DNA from: Auanema rhodensis | Taxonomy: Eukaryota; Animalia; Nematoda | Length of the DNA: 64,000 nucleotides | Assembly: GCA_964057225.1 (NCBI GenBank) | Contig: OZ059898.1 | Span: 8,308,001 to 8,372,000 of the forward strand | Reading direction: 5' to 3' | Shown here: positions 13,261-27,371 of the stretch, piece after piece | How the letters are laid out: every line of letters starts with the position of its first letter | Numbering within the stretch: the stretch's first letter is position 1 | The notes under the pieces: model-generated | What the model saw: the letters and a program-made list of their open reading frames with translations, nothing else | Told to the model about the DNA's origin: nothing | Database searches by the model: none | Translations under genes and position numbers: made by a program

Positions 13261-15548
13261 ATGACGACAGTAAAACATGTTCATCGAAAATTCTCTGTAC
13301 GACGTTCAGATACTGATTGGAAAAATATTTATGTCATCAGTACATTTGCTTTCATTGATGCATTTCAATTTGCATTCTTTGTATGGACATTCTGGCCATA
13401 TGTTCAACAGGTAGATGATTTTTTCAAATTTTAAACAGCTTAGGTTTGAACTTAAGTTTTATATATAATTAGTAATATTATAATAATATTTATAACAAAT
13501 ATAATATTACTTTTCAGCTTGATCCAAGCATGACTACATCGTTTGTAGGATTAATCATGGCTGCTTCTGGTATTGGAGAAGCTGTAGCTGCACCTATTTT
13601 AGGTATTTTAAACTTAAACTTACATATAGTTAACTAAAAAAATAATTATTATAGGAGTTTGGACAAACAAGTGTGGTCGGATTATTCCACCATTAATAGC
13701 TTCTATCTTTATTTCTATGATTGGTAATATTCTTTATATGTGCTTAAATGAAATTCCTGTTCATCTACGGACACCAGCCTTACTCATATCTCGATTTTTG
13801 AATGGAGCTGGAAGTGGTAATACTAATAAAATTAATATTTTAATATTATATTCTTTATTATTTAAGGAAATCGTGGAACATATTTTGCTTATATAGCTGC
13901 AGCTTCTGATCCTACTGATAGAGCACGAAGTATGGCTTTATCTGGTGGAGGAGCTTTGATTGGACTTAATGTTGGCCCCGGTACATTAAAACTTAATATT
14001 AATAATTAATTAAATTCTTTAACTATTTAGCTATTCAAATGCTTTTTACATGGGTTGGAGATACTGGAATTGATCTTGGATTCATGAGATTATCAATGTA
14101 TACTTGTCCAGCTGTATTAGCACTAGTTATTAACATATTATCGTAAGTTTTATTATAATTAGTATAATTATAATTTATTTTATTTAAGAATTATTTTACT
14201 TTTAACAATGCTTGATGATGGATTAGATAGAAATGAAGCAGATGATAGTGATAATATCTCAACTATCAGTATTGCTGCAGCTAATGATTCGGATTTAGGT
14301 TAGAAACTTGTTTTGTTATATCTTTTCAAACTTGAAACATTTTAGAGCGTAATGTGGTTTCAACCATTCGTTTGGATGTTTTGGCTGTTGTTGTATGTAT
14401 GCTTACTAGAGCTGCTCGTATGCTTATTACAGCTAATATTGAAAGGTTTGTAAGAAAACGTTGTAAAATAACTAAAACTTGAAATAATTTTAGTATTGGA
14501 TCACCATTTTCTGAAGTAATGTTTGATTTGAATAAGAGTGAATCTCTTGATTTTAATTCTCGTATGCAAGCAGCTGTTGGTGTTTTAACCACATTTATGT
14601 TTGTTATCTATGTATTTACTGATTATTCAAAATGGTAAGTAATTTATATATAATTATGCGTATAATTAATAATATTATTTTGATTTAAAGGGTATCCGAA
14701 CGACTAAACTGCTTCATTGCTATGATTGCTCTGTTATTCTTTCATCTCATCACGTTTTCCTGGCCATTCTTATCAGGAAATCTCACAAGCTGTTCTCGTT
14801 TTAATTCTAATCCTGATAACATAAATGGTAATTTGACAACATTTAATTTAAAAAATTTACTAAGTTTTTCATAAATTTTCAGTAACTCACTCAGCAGATT
14901 CACATCAAAATTGGGAATGGTGTAATGAACTTAAACCAGTTAGTATGTGGCTTTACTATATTAGTTATGCTCTTATCTTTGGTATTGGATTACCATGCTT
15001 GAATAATTCGTTACAATCTCTATACAGTCAAATTTTGGGAAAAGGACGACAAGTATGATTCATACATCTAGCAGATGATATGTTATAATTATATAATTTC
15101 AGGGAACTATGCAAGGTATTAATCAAGCAGTTGGATGTATCTCCAGAATATTAGGTCCACTCCTTATGTCGTAAGTCATTATATTTATTTGTTTTTTTTT
15201 TAATTTTTCTTATCAAATCTATCTATTTTTATTTTAAAATCTATTTTTTCAGTACTGTATTCTCTATGTATGGCCCTAAAGCAACATGGCTCATCGAAAT
15301 CATTCTTATCTCCATATGCTTAATGGTTTGGTAAGTAAAAGACGAAGTTCAAAATAAAAAGAGATTATGTAATGAATTATAGGCTTCTTGTCTATCGTCG
15401 TCTTACTCCTGCTATCGAAGTGAAACAACGCGAGATCGTTGTTGAGGATTCCAATGGCGTTGAGAATCCAGCCTGTCGTCGTGTAAGCATTATCTCTGAA
15501 TTATCAATTGGAAGTCAAAAGGCAACACATGAATTAACGCAACATTAG
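13261..15548 (+). CDS. Major facilitator superfamily transporter, MFSD8/CLN7-like nematode family
   Basis: ATG at 13261 follows a TTTTTAG acceptor. Spliced translation includes TDWKNIYVISTFAFIDAFQFAFFVWTFWPYVQQLDP, LLISRFLNGAGSGNRG, AYIAAASDPTDRARSMA, SLYSQILGKGRQGTMQG and SRILGP. About 13 short GT-AG introns; TAG stop at 15546-15548. Confidence 0.9.
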
Positions 15549-16364
15549 AAATATAATTATGAAATATTATATAGATTTTCATATAATAATATAGCTTCAC
15601 TTATAAGCTTATTTAACAAATTTTTGTTATGAAAACCTAGTCAGAATCAGATATTTATTTTTCTTTATAGCCATACAAACTTTCTAATCAAAATATTTCC
15701 TTTTTTTTCCAATATACATACCGGTACATTTTGAGTTTCAAATTTTCTTTTAAGATCATAATCATTTTAAGAAATTTCTATGTTATTTAATTATAACATA
15801 ATAGAAAATAAATTCATATAATTTTATAAATATGAAATTCTATAATATATATATTTATATAATTAAATATTAATATATATAGTTAAAATTTCATTTTTAA
15901 AACTGGTAATATGTATGTATTATTGATTTGTTTTGTTTTTTTTTTAGTTTTTTTTTATATTTTATATGTATTTCCTTTTTATTATTTCTCAGGGAAAAAA
16001 TACCTTTCATTTCTCAATTATTTGTTATAAATTTGTACATAAATTATATATATATATACATAATTATTTGTGTATATTTTATTAATAAAATAAAATTTAA
16101 TTAAAATAATATTTATTTTTATTTAATTGAAAACTTTAAAACTTAAATTATGAATGAAGAAAAAGCTTATGAAACAAGAATGTAATGGTATGACGTGAAG
16201 TAGAAATAGTACGAAGGTTTTACAAGAATTAGTCAGCTTACAGATAAAACATCTAATTATCATTTAATCTCTTAATTAATCTATGAGAATGATAAAAAGT
16301 GATTAAGAAAGAGGTTTTATATAAGAATCAAAGTAATTTCCTCCCTCATTATAAGTTACGAAAC

Positions 16365-18069
16365 ATGAAGTTTCTCTTATTTTCTCTTTGTATTTTACAA
16401 GTTTTGTATTCAGCTTCAGCAGCAAGCAAAGGAGTACCACGTACTGTGGTAAGTTTTCTTAATTATACAAATTATAATAAATTATTTTTTAATTTAAAGA
16501 ATAAAACTATTGTATCAAATGATGGATTTGTTGGATGTCCATACAACAATGATTTTTATTATATTGGTGGAATAAATTCTCCACTTTATCCACAAAACTA
16601 TCCACCAAATGATAAATGCTATTACTATATTACAGCCGAAAGAGGATCTGTAGTTGGGTAAATATATATTATTTTTTTAATATTTAAATATTATTATTTT
16701 AAAAATTAAATTATTTTAATTCTAAAATAATTACAGAATTACATTTGATTTCTTTGATTTGGAAACATGTTGCGATTATGTAACTATCTATGATGGTCCA
16801 AGTGATCGTTCTCCTATTTTAGCAAGGTATAATATATATTTTATATAAATTATATTCAATCATTCTTTGTTTTTTAAATTTCAGATTTGGAGGACCTAGT
16901 ATGACTGCTCGTAAACCTATTTTGAATCAAACATATGTTGCTTCAACAAGAAATGCTCTTGTAACCTTTGTGAGTGATGATGAAATTGAACAAAAAGGAT
17001 TTAGAATGACATATACATCAGTTAAAGGTATTATAATTATAATTATATAATAATATTTATATATAAAAATAATATTTGATTTAGGTGTCAAGCCATGTAC
17101 TCGTGATGTCCTTCTTGTTGTTAATGGTATGAGTTCTGTTGGATCTCAAGAACATTTCATGAGTGTATAAAATATAGATATAACATTGTTTTATATAAAA
17201 TTAATATATTTTAGCAAATTAATTTCTTGGCTAACGAACTTACCCCAACATGGAATGTTGGTATGGATACTATGCGTGTTGCTGTCAGTTTACAGGTACA
17301 TAACATTAAATTTTTGTTAAATATTATAAAAATTATATAATTTAGATTGCTGATAGTTATGCTGTTGAATATGATCCAGCTACTGATAATAATGTAAAAA
17401 ATTAATTTAAACTAAAGTTTAATAATTTTCTTTTCTTCTAGGATTTGACTAAGACTCTCTTAGATTTAGCTTATGATGTACCTGATGTTATGCAAAATAA
17501 TGAAACAAGTATTGCTAGGTTTGTAATAATAATAATTATTATTATTATAGTTATATATAAAATATTTTATAAAATTATTTTCTTTTTAATTTTAAAAGAA
17601 AAAATATTTTTAGTTTATTCGCATATGCTTATAATGTTTACCAACAAGATCGTATTCCACGTGATGGAGTTGAATTAGCTACTTATATATTCATTGGATC
17701 TAATGCAGTGTAATTTTAATTTATTATACAATAATTAAACAAATATATAATTATAATTACAGTAATTCTCAAGATTATTATCGTGCACAAGAATATGCTC
17801 ATTTAATTCGTACTGTAGCTGATACACGAGTAAGTATTCTTCTCTTTTAATTTTTAATTTTTTACATTATTTTTATTTATTTTTATAATATTTAGGTTAT
17901 TATTGTTGGTATGCAATCACATAATAATTTGAATGTTAATCAGATTAATACATTATCTGAAACACCACAATTCAGTTATTTCTCTGATTATCGTAATATG
18001 TCTGCATTAGTTCCACAATTGAATGCCGGTATGTGTGTTGGAAGACCATTCGGAAATTGTGGACCATAA
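16365..18069 (+). CDS. Secreted CUB-domain + vWA-like-domain protein
   Basis: Signal peptide MKFLLFSLCILQVLYSASA. CUB motifs INSPLYPQNYPPNDKCYYYI, FDLETCCDYVTIYDGP and LVTFVSDDEIEQKGF. Then a vWA-like region PCTRDVLLVVNGMSSVG...MRVAV...RVIIVGM, ending GNCGP* (TAA 18067-18069). Confidence 0.88.
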
Positions 18070-18304
18070 ATCTTTTTCTTTTTTTATAATTTTTTATATT
18101 AATATTATAATAAATATTTTATTTTATAATTTATAATAATATTTATATATTTCTTTATTATTAACGATAGTATATAACAACAAATCATATTATATATTAT
18201 ACATACAATATACATAATATAATATGTATATAGTAAGTATAATATCATATATACAAAAAAAAAGAAACAAATATGTTGTTTCTTCTCAATTTTTTTTATA
18301 AAAA

Positions 18305-20973
18305 TCAAAGTTTTTTCTTTTGTGAACATGGATTTTTACAGTATTCTAACTGCTTTGTATGTGAATTATGTCGTAAACCAACGGAGCACATGTTGAAGAC
18401 GTTACAACAATGATTTTCTGGACAATTGAATCCCGTAGTTAGAAGACGTTTCTTTAACGCCAAAATATCTTCTCGTTTAGGTAGTTGAAGAGATTCTATA
18501 ATACAACTTCTATTCATCTCTTTCATATATATTTTAACTACTTATTCTTTCAATTTTACGGCATTTTCAATAAGTATAGTCTAATCTATGTAATGAACTT
18601 ACCACTAGTGTCTTTTAATGTTGGCGAAGATGTTGATTCGGATGAAACACTTGTACTTGCTGTAGATCTCTTACTGTTCCTTGAGCTATGATCGCAGGAT
18701 CGACTTTCTAATCCACAGTTTATTTTTTCTTTGTCGCAGTCACGACGACGATGTTGAATGCCGTCATCACAGTCTGTCCATTCAGTTTCGGTTTCGTCAG
18801 CCAATACCAGTTTCTCAGATCGGTTTTCATCTGAATTGAAAGATGTCAATTCAAAAATTATGCTGAAGCTGTTGATTTGAGTATAGAATAAGCATAAGAT
18901 ACAGATATAAGTAGACTAAAAGTGACATAGTAAATGGATACAAACCTAGTACACGTATTCCTGACGCTCTACTTGGTGATGTACGACCACAGTCAATTTC
19001 AAAATAATCCACAATATCCGTATTTTCTTCAGTGAACAGGTCCGGATAACTATGACGGTTTTCGCTATTCAATATGCAATTTAACGTTGATTCCTGTAAC
19101 ATTTTATAGAAAACTAATGATATATATAGGTAACAAACTTCAAAATAATACATTCCACTTGTGCAGTTAAAGCCATAAAGCTCTAAACTATTGAGACAAC
19201 TATCAAAACATAGTTCAAAGCTTGCTGAATCAGCAACATTCTCAGCAAATCCCACGAGTATCATTTGAGGATATCTAGCAAAAGCTGATGTACATTGTCT
19301 GAAAGTAAAATAATATTTTAAAATAAATTGTATTCTCATATCACATACGATGCAAATTTTTCTGAAATACAAATTTTCTCGTAGTAAAAGCTTCCAGTTT
19401 TTTGTTTGAGCTGTCCTTCACCAACTGGCACTGCAGCTTCTTTTGTAAATGAGCAAGAATTGAGTTGTTGATCAAATGAACGACAATCAAATGGTTGATT
19501 ATCAATCTATTTTAAAATTATATTTTACATATTATATATTAAAACTTACAAGATTTGATTGACATACAGATATACATTCATTAACATCTGTTATAGTCAT
19601 TGTTATATCATCATTTTTGAATAATTCAAATCCTTCTGTTCGTAAAAATCTGGAATAAGAATGTATATATTCAATAAAAAAAAGATAATTATATGAAATA
19701 AAGTAAAGTTTTCTTGAAGAAGAGATGTATTAAGGCTAATCCTTAATACCTACCCGGCTTTTTTTCCACTGGCGCATTGCTGGCCGAAAGCGTCATCAAG
19801 AGAAGTTTGTTGAGTAATTAGCTGATCTGGCTGAATTTTGACTTTTTCATCTTCGATTTTACGTTGATCCGTGTGTGATGCAAGCGCAGCAATTTCTAAA
19901 GATTAGATTGAAATAGTGGATGTTGAAGATTTGTACCTGGAGTTTCATTTACGTTTAAGCATTGCACTGCTGAAGTTGGTTCAAAGTAATCTCGAGTTTG
20001 AAATTTAAGTAAACGAGCTGGTGATTGATCTCCAACATGTGCAAATAGATCACATACCTATATATATATTATTATAAATATTAATTATATAATAATTAAA
20101 ATATATAAATACCTGATTAATATTATCATAAACAAATGAACGACAACTATAAACTCCTGTTTGGCTATGAAGACAATGTGATTTACATTTAATTAATGAT
20201 GTCGATGATCTAAAATAATTTAAAAATTTCATATATTCTATGGAAAACTGACCTTCGCTCATATGGTTGTGCATTCACAACAATGCAATTCGCATATCGT
20301 CGGAAGCAAGGGTCACCTGAATATATCGCATCATCCACTTGAATCTATAGCGATTTAACAGAGAAAATCCCTAAAGCTTACTCATATCCGGAATTCCGGC
20401 TACAACTTGACGATCATCTTCTGGATCACGGCTGACTGTTCCAACTTCTTGAGATAAGCCAGGTGACTTTGATGTATCATGATGAAATCCATAAGCTCCA
20501 CCAGTAGATTTGACGTTATTTTCTTGTGGATCCTAAAAATGTCAAAAATAAAAATGAATTGAGTTTGATTGTACTAACAGGTAGAAAACGAAGATTTTGC
20601 ATTCGTTCCTCTTCAGGTTCATCCAAAGTCTCAAGATGTTTCTTTCGATTAAGAAAGTTGCTCATAGCATTTTTGCTCTAAACATAATAAAAAATAATTT
20701 AAAATAACAAATAATTCTTGAAAATACCTGTTCAATACGTGTTTGGTGTTTCTGACCAGCTGTATCAGCTTCATTTCTTAAGAATTTTTTGTAAATTATA
20801 AGAAAATATTAATCATATAGCTTACAATAAATCTTTACGAGCTGTTATATCTTCAAAAAATTGTGACTGAGCATAACTATATGATATACATAATATATAA
20901 ATTATAATTATATGAAAAGAACTATAATAATATTTTTAATTAATTATAAATAATATTTATTTACTTACAACAT
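18305..20973 (-). CDS. Secreted PAN/apple-domain protein (about 3 PAN modules, TSP1-like module, Cys-rich tail)
   Basis: A 5-nt first coding exon ATGTT (20969-20973) splices to give the signal peptide MFSFHIIIIYILCISYSYAQ. PAN modules: DPCFRRYANCIVVNAQPYERR..CKSHC..CRSFVYDNINQVCDLF, a second with DCRSFDQQLNSCSF, and a third FARYPQMILVGFAE..CFDSCL..CTSGMYYFE..NCILNSE. Then TEWTDCDDGIQHRRRDC..ESRSC and a last exon ending CKNPCSQKKKL*. Confidence 0.88.
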
Positions 20974-22226
20974 TGATACGTAATTATCAATTTATAGTTA
21001 ACGTTTAGAATAAAATCAAATCAGAAGGTCAGATGTTAGCCGTTTGATTTGGATGATTTGACGTGAAAATTGACTGAGGAGGTCTAGGATGTTTCGTGGT
21101 TTTGGTCAATCGAGAACGAGACGATCTGATGATGTGGTATGTATATGGAGTGTATGTACCTTGAGAGGCCGGACGAATCATCTCATCCTCAAAGCTCCAC
21201 CTCTTTTCACGATCCGCCAATTCTCTTTCTCTGCAAAAGGCGAAAATGAGGATAATTGGAGGTTTGTAGACAGTCAACTTCTTATAATACTCTCATTATA
21301 TCTAATGCTATTTCATGTAGATGATGTTGAATATACACATAGAAGGCCTATTATCTCTCTGCTGGCTGAACCATACTCTATCTACCTTATGTTCTTTTCC
21401 TCATCTTCATTCATCTTTTCTTTGATCTGTTCTTTTATATAGTTTTGTTTACTATATATACTATAACATATAATATATAAAAATAAAATTATTTTATATT
21501 TTAACTTTCTATCTTTAGTATATTTCAAAATTGTTTTTAATGTACATCTTTACGTACTTTTAATGATGTTTGGGTTCATTCTTAGACATGAATTCATTCA
21601 TCGCTTTTGTCGACCAAAAAAGGTGAAAGTCGTAGCTGATGGCTGTAATCCGGGTCGGAAATACTATACCATATGCATTCATATACATACATACACATTT
21701 TTTTTCGGAAAAAATGTCATCCATTGGAAACCGATGTAAGAAGAGTTTTTTTTTTATTTTAAACTTACAAAAATATATAAATTAAAAACGTCTTAACACG
21801 AAAAGTTGCTAATTTATTCAATTTTTATACATTATTGTATAAGATTTACGAATACAGTATGAATGACCAGTAAAGCATAAAAATAATAAATATACACAAA
21901 CACACACACAAACATACAAAGAAATATTTAAAATCTGATTGATATTGAAAAAAAATTGAAAAATTGAAAAATAAAAGAGGAAAAACAAGAAAACTGAGAT
22001 GTATAAGTGAAGTAAATGAAGAAAATAAACACCGAATGATAGGAAGAAACATTATTCTAAAACAAGATATGAACTGCACATGCCACAGTGGCCTTTCTCA
22101 ATCAAAAAATTAATTTAAATGAGAATTGAACAATAGAAAACTGAGAAAAAGTGATTTTTCAAGTGGAGAATATGAAATTATTCTGTAAAGTTCTAAATGA
22201 TCTAGAGCTTGTAAGTGATGAAACTA

Positions 22227-25200
22227 TTAATATCGAGCTTTTGCATTTGGTTCTGGAGCACGATCATCATTCACTACCAAATTTAATGCTCCATAGCTAT
22301 CGACTGAAAAAGAAAAATTAAAATAAAATAAGAAAATATATAAATTACCTGTATGAATGGATATATTATTATCGAGATCAGAGGGACGATACGTCATATA
22401 ACCAATTACTGTAGCTAAGATTGATAATAATTTACAAACAATAGCTGAAAATAAAATAAATAAAATAAAAATATATTTAACTATGCTCATACCAACTGCA
22501 GTGATAGTCCATGATAGCTTGACAGGATCATATACAAGACAACTTGTGTGATTTCCACATGATGATTCCCATTCTAAGCAAGCTGTATCAATCATCATAC
22601 CAAATAATATTCCACCCGGAATAAATCCTGCAACGATAGCATATTGGTAATTGTTACCGTACCCTCTGATAAGATATGTATACAGTACCTAATAGACGAA
22701 GGAATGTCCAGTTGATGCCAAGAGCTAATGTTCGCTGATCAAAAGGAACAACACGCAACATAATCTGCAATTTTTTGAACTTTTTTTTCATTTTTCGTTT
22801 TTTTTTTAAATTTAAAAAAGAAAAATCCCATTCTTTCAATTTGCAATTATAATTTGTAAAATGAAACCTGCTGTTGAGGAATTCCTGAGGCAAAGCTAGC
22901 AACAACAGTAACGAATAACATTGATAGTAAAACATATACTGAATAGCCACAGTCCTGCAATAAAACATTTAAGATCTAATGTACTTCCTAAAATTTTATT
23001 GCATTTTCAACAAACCTCTTGACAATATCCAGGAGTTGCTGTTGTAAGTAAAGATGATAGTGCTAATGATGTTTCATCACTACTAGTACCAGCACAGCCA
23101 CAATCCATCCAAGTGATCTATAAAAGATTATATTTGATTATAATTAAAATAAAATATGAAACATACATTTCCAGATGATTTGATTTTACAACCAGCAAAA
23201 CATGGAGAATAATAAATTTTGTTATTTGAACAAACAGGATTCCATTCACGTGGACAATCACATTGTGAGTTACAAGTATCTTGTAGATCAAATTCAGTAT
23301 TTCTTGTGATTTCACTGAAATAAAACATAAAATTCATTAAAAACTTATAAAAATTAAATAATTATAGTTTACATAATATTGTTAAAGTTTAATAAAGTTT
23401 TAATATACTAACCTATCATGATAGCCCATATTGATTCCGGCAAACTTTCTTTGTGGACAATGAACTAACATTCCGGTTGTGAAGATTAAAGCAACAATAT
23501 GACAACAAACAATCATCTTCAGCATTCCACCAACTTGAAGCTTAAGTTGTCGGATAATGGTACCGCCGACCATAACACCGATAGCTGCAGCAAAGATAAC
23601 TACGGCTGAAATAGAAAATTATTAAAAATTGAAAGAATTATAAGCTTACATGATAGATATGATGCAATAATTGGAGTGGTTGATAGTAATGTTTCCAAAA
23701 TTTTGGGCATAAATGCTGCAAATCCATTGATAATGATGGATTCAAATATTCCCAAACATATGCAAACAATGAAAGTTGGGTTACGACAAATTTTCTTGAA
23801 ATATACAGTTGATTATGATGTTAAGATTTTAAATTCAGTTTACCATGATAACGGCAGGAAGAGCTTTAACATCTGTTGGAGCTTTTTCATTCATATCTCC
23901 AGTTGCTGCATGACACTACATACAGTTAATGTTTTAAAGTTGTTAATCAATATAAAATGATATTACCTGATTAACATCTTTAGCTCTCAAACGTTTAGCT
24001 TCAGGTAATTGCCTAGCAAAAGCTAATATAGGAAAAGCTATAATGAGAGCTGAAATAGATGAAGCTAAGAATCCAATCCACCATGCTCCTATCCAACGAG
24101 GGTCAGATCGGTCAATAGGCACACTGTAAAATTATAATTCAATAACTTAATTTAAATTATTTGTATTTTATTATTTTGTACTTTCTATCAGAATACAAAA
24201 GATAATTCTATCATTTCTATCAGAAATCATTGAATTATCTTTCATTGAAAACCCGTCAATGTACTCAGGCGATACATTCCACCGGAATTATACACATCAA
24301 GTAGTCTATTGGCTAAGATGCAAAATGTTAGTAATGGGGTCCAGGGTTCGGATCCCGCCAAGTGATTAAGGTATATTTGCTACTCTAGAAAGAAGACTTG
24401 TTGACAATCTATAATGATGGCGATATTTTTGTTCTTTTATGAACAAAAAACTTGTTCATGTAATGTAAACTTCAAAGTTTTATAATTTTTCTTGTCAGGT
24501 TTGTGTATCAATAATAAGGAAATGAATGAAAGTGAACCATTGATGTTAGATAGTTCTTAAGAAGTTGGGTTGGTTTTGTTGAAACAATAAAATTAAAGAA
24601 AAGAAAAGTCCTTGAAAACATACTGGTCAACCCGATCAATATCATCGTAAAAGTTGAGAAGAAATCCGCCAGCAAATACTCCAATAACAGGTCCGAAAGA
24701 GGTAAGTACAGCATGTATGGCTATAATAGTTAAGTTTTAAAGAAATGAAATATAAATTTGAAACCTAAATATACAGGAGAAGCTTTTTGGCTAACATTTT
24801 CATCGATAAAAGTAGTTCCTATAGAGAATAATGGGGTTGATCCAAAACCATGCAGACTTTGACCCAATATAAACATTAAGAAATAAGGATTCAAGTATGA
24901 TGATACAGGATTAGCTGGACATTGTTTCTCATGTAGAGTTCTAAAATATTTTATATGATATATTTGAAAAATAAAAAATAATTTGAAGTTTCTTACCTAT
25001 GAGCACATTGTCCGAAATCTGTTGCATTGGCATTTGTCTCTTCAACTTCATACACATCAATCATCCAATGAGGTAAAGCACAAATCAGTGATCCAATAGC
25101 CATAACAATACCTCCCCATCCAATCCATCGACCTTTGTGTCCTGAAGTTTGAAAATTAAAATTTTTTTTTGTTTGAAATAATTGAAAATATTCAAAGAAA

Positions 25201-25705
25201 TAATATAAATTACCATTATTTCCCCAATGACATACTGGAAAAACACATAATAGAACAGCAAAATCATACCATGAAGAAATAATTCCAGTATGTGTACTGA
25301 ATAAGAATAAAATAAAAAATAATTTTTTATATTTTACCTTGTCATTTTAAATCGTTTTTCAAGTGTTGATAAACCAACAGGAAATATTGCATTTACCACA
25401 AAACTCTATAAACAAATATTTTTTTTTCTTATTTTAACTGAATTTACCTGTATAAATGCACATATACCCAACATTAACAGAAGCCATTTGGAATTATGCA
25501 TTGGTTGTAACCATTTTGGAGTACAACTAATATGGAAAAAAAAAGGAAAATTCAGTTAGCTATATGATATAGTTAGATTAGTAAAAGTTTGTCAATTAAT
25601 ATTTTTTAAAAAATACCTTCCATATCCACATAATAAAGGGCTATCCTCTTTATCCTTCAGATCCTCATCTGAAGCATCAAAATCAGCTGTATTGTATCGT
25701 TCCAT
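22227..25705 (-). CDS. Organic anion transporting polypeptide (OATP/SLCO family)
   Basis: Spliced translation has OATP hallmarks GLSTLEKRF, GIISSWYDF, HKGRWIGWG, GTTFIDENV, DPRWIGAWWIGF, a Kazal-like loop CNSQCDCPREWNPVCS..YYSPCFAGC, and FGMMIDTACLEWESSCG..SCLVYD. ATG at 25703-25705 follows a TTTTTAG acceptor; stop at 22227. Confidence 0.95.
24295..24365 (+). pseudogene. tRNA-like sequence (tRNA pseudogene or tRNA-derived SINE head) in an OATP intron, antisense to the host gene
   Basis: A-box-like TAGTCTATTGG (24302-24312) and B-box-like GGTTCGGATCCC (24345-24356) at tRNA spacing. D-arm and T-arm are recognisable; acceptor and anticodon stems pair poorly. Confidence 0.6.
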
Positions 25706-27222
25706 ACAGCTAAAAATCAAAAAAAACTGTTGATTCTCTTGAAATTTAACGATAATTTTAAAAATAAAATAAAAATATTAAAAATATTACATATTAAAAT
25801 AAAAATAAATATAATAATGATCAATATCATAACCGAATAATTATGATAATCGAAGTAATAGAATGAGACAGAACCTCCTTTCAACAGGTAATACAATTTT
25901 CTTCAACCAAATGATGTGATTAAAAGAAATTTTTTTATGTATTTGTATTAAAGAAGAAAACAAACTGACTGGAAATCATGCGCTTCAAGTTCTCGTTTCT
26001 AATGTGATTAATAGAGAAAAAAAAAGAAATATGATGTATGTAAACATCTTGAGATGTCTCTGAGGGCAATTACGTAAAAGGGCAGATCATTAGAAAACAT
26101 TTTTTCACCTCATTTGCCTGAAATTAATTCAAAATTTGACGAGAACCACTATGATGGTTGGCAATGATGTAGTCTAATCAAACATCATTATCGCCGTTTT
26201 TCTTCCTTCTTTTTTAATTTTTTTACTGTTTCTTCTGTTCAAAATGTACGGTATAACAGTGAGGATGGTAACATTTTGATGTCAGTTAAGTGGTGCTGCT
26301 GGGTGTGGGCAGACCTATTGAGGTGGTTAATGAGAAAGAACAAGAGTTGTAAGGGGTGGGAATGAACGAGAAAAACTGAATTTAAGGGTTGTCGAGGGAA
26401 GAGAGAACATCAAGATATTTTTTTTGAAGTGGGTAAATGAACAAGAACTGTAATTAATTGGAAAATTTTTGAACGTTTGACCAAAATCTGCACTGATCGA
26501 GTACAATTACAGAAAATTTGTTGAAAACGAAAATTCAAATATTTAATGAAGTTGACTATTTGAATAAGTTTAAGAAGATTTCAAATAAAAATAAAAAGAT
26601 AAAAGGAAGAAGAAGTAAAAGATCATTATCCTTTGGATTAAGATTGAGGACATCGAGTTGCAATATTTGGAAAACTTTTGACTAGAAAATAAATTTCTTG
26701 ATGGTTTCTGGGTGCAAAATTGTTCAGATGAATAGAATAATTAATAACAAATTTTCCTCATAATTTGCAAAAAAAGTTTTTGAAAAGAAAAATGTTCATA
26801 AATCGTTGCCTTCGTCATCATTACCAACTTACATACATTATTCTTTAGATCTCTATTTCTCCCTCTTTTTACCTATTTTGTAATCTCTTTCTCTCTCTCT
26901 CTCTTTTTCTCCTTTTCACCTTTTTTCCCCAATTATATAATCTTCTTAAAAGGACAATTCTCTTAATGAAAAAAAAAGTTTTCAACTATGATTATACTAT
27001 TGAAATAATTTGAAATTAAAAGAAATCAAGTAATCGAGTCAAAGAACAACGAACAAGAACGTTTTTACAATAATGTGTTTAAGTAGGTAATAATGAAATA
27101 TTTCATTCAAAAATCAAGCAAATGAAAATATTTTATTCGAGAAAAAATCAAAAAAAGTTTTATTTTCAGGGCATTTTTTTTGGGGGAAATAATTAAATCT
27201 TTGATATAATCTACGCATTTGT

Positions 27223-27225
<3 letters not shown>

Positions 27226-27280
<55 letters not shown>
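27226..27280. repeat. (AG)n microsatellite
   Basis: Pure AG run. Confidence 0.95.
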
Positions 27281-27286
<6 letters not shown>

Positions 27287-27354
27287 GAATGGATGGAGAG
27301 AATGGATGGAGAGAGTTGCCATGAGATTGAGATGGGGAATGATGAGATCGGAGA

Positions 27355-27371
27355 GGGGGGGGGGGGGGGGG
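27355..27371 (+). repeat. G17 homopolymer (G-quadruplex-capable tract)
   Basis: 17 consecutive G. Confidence 0.9.
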
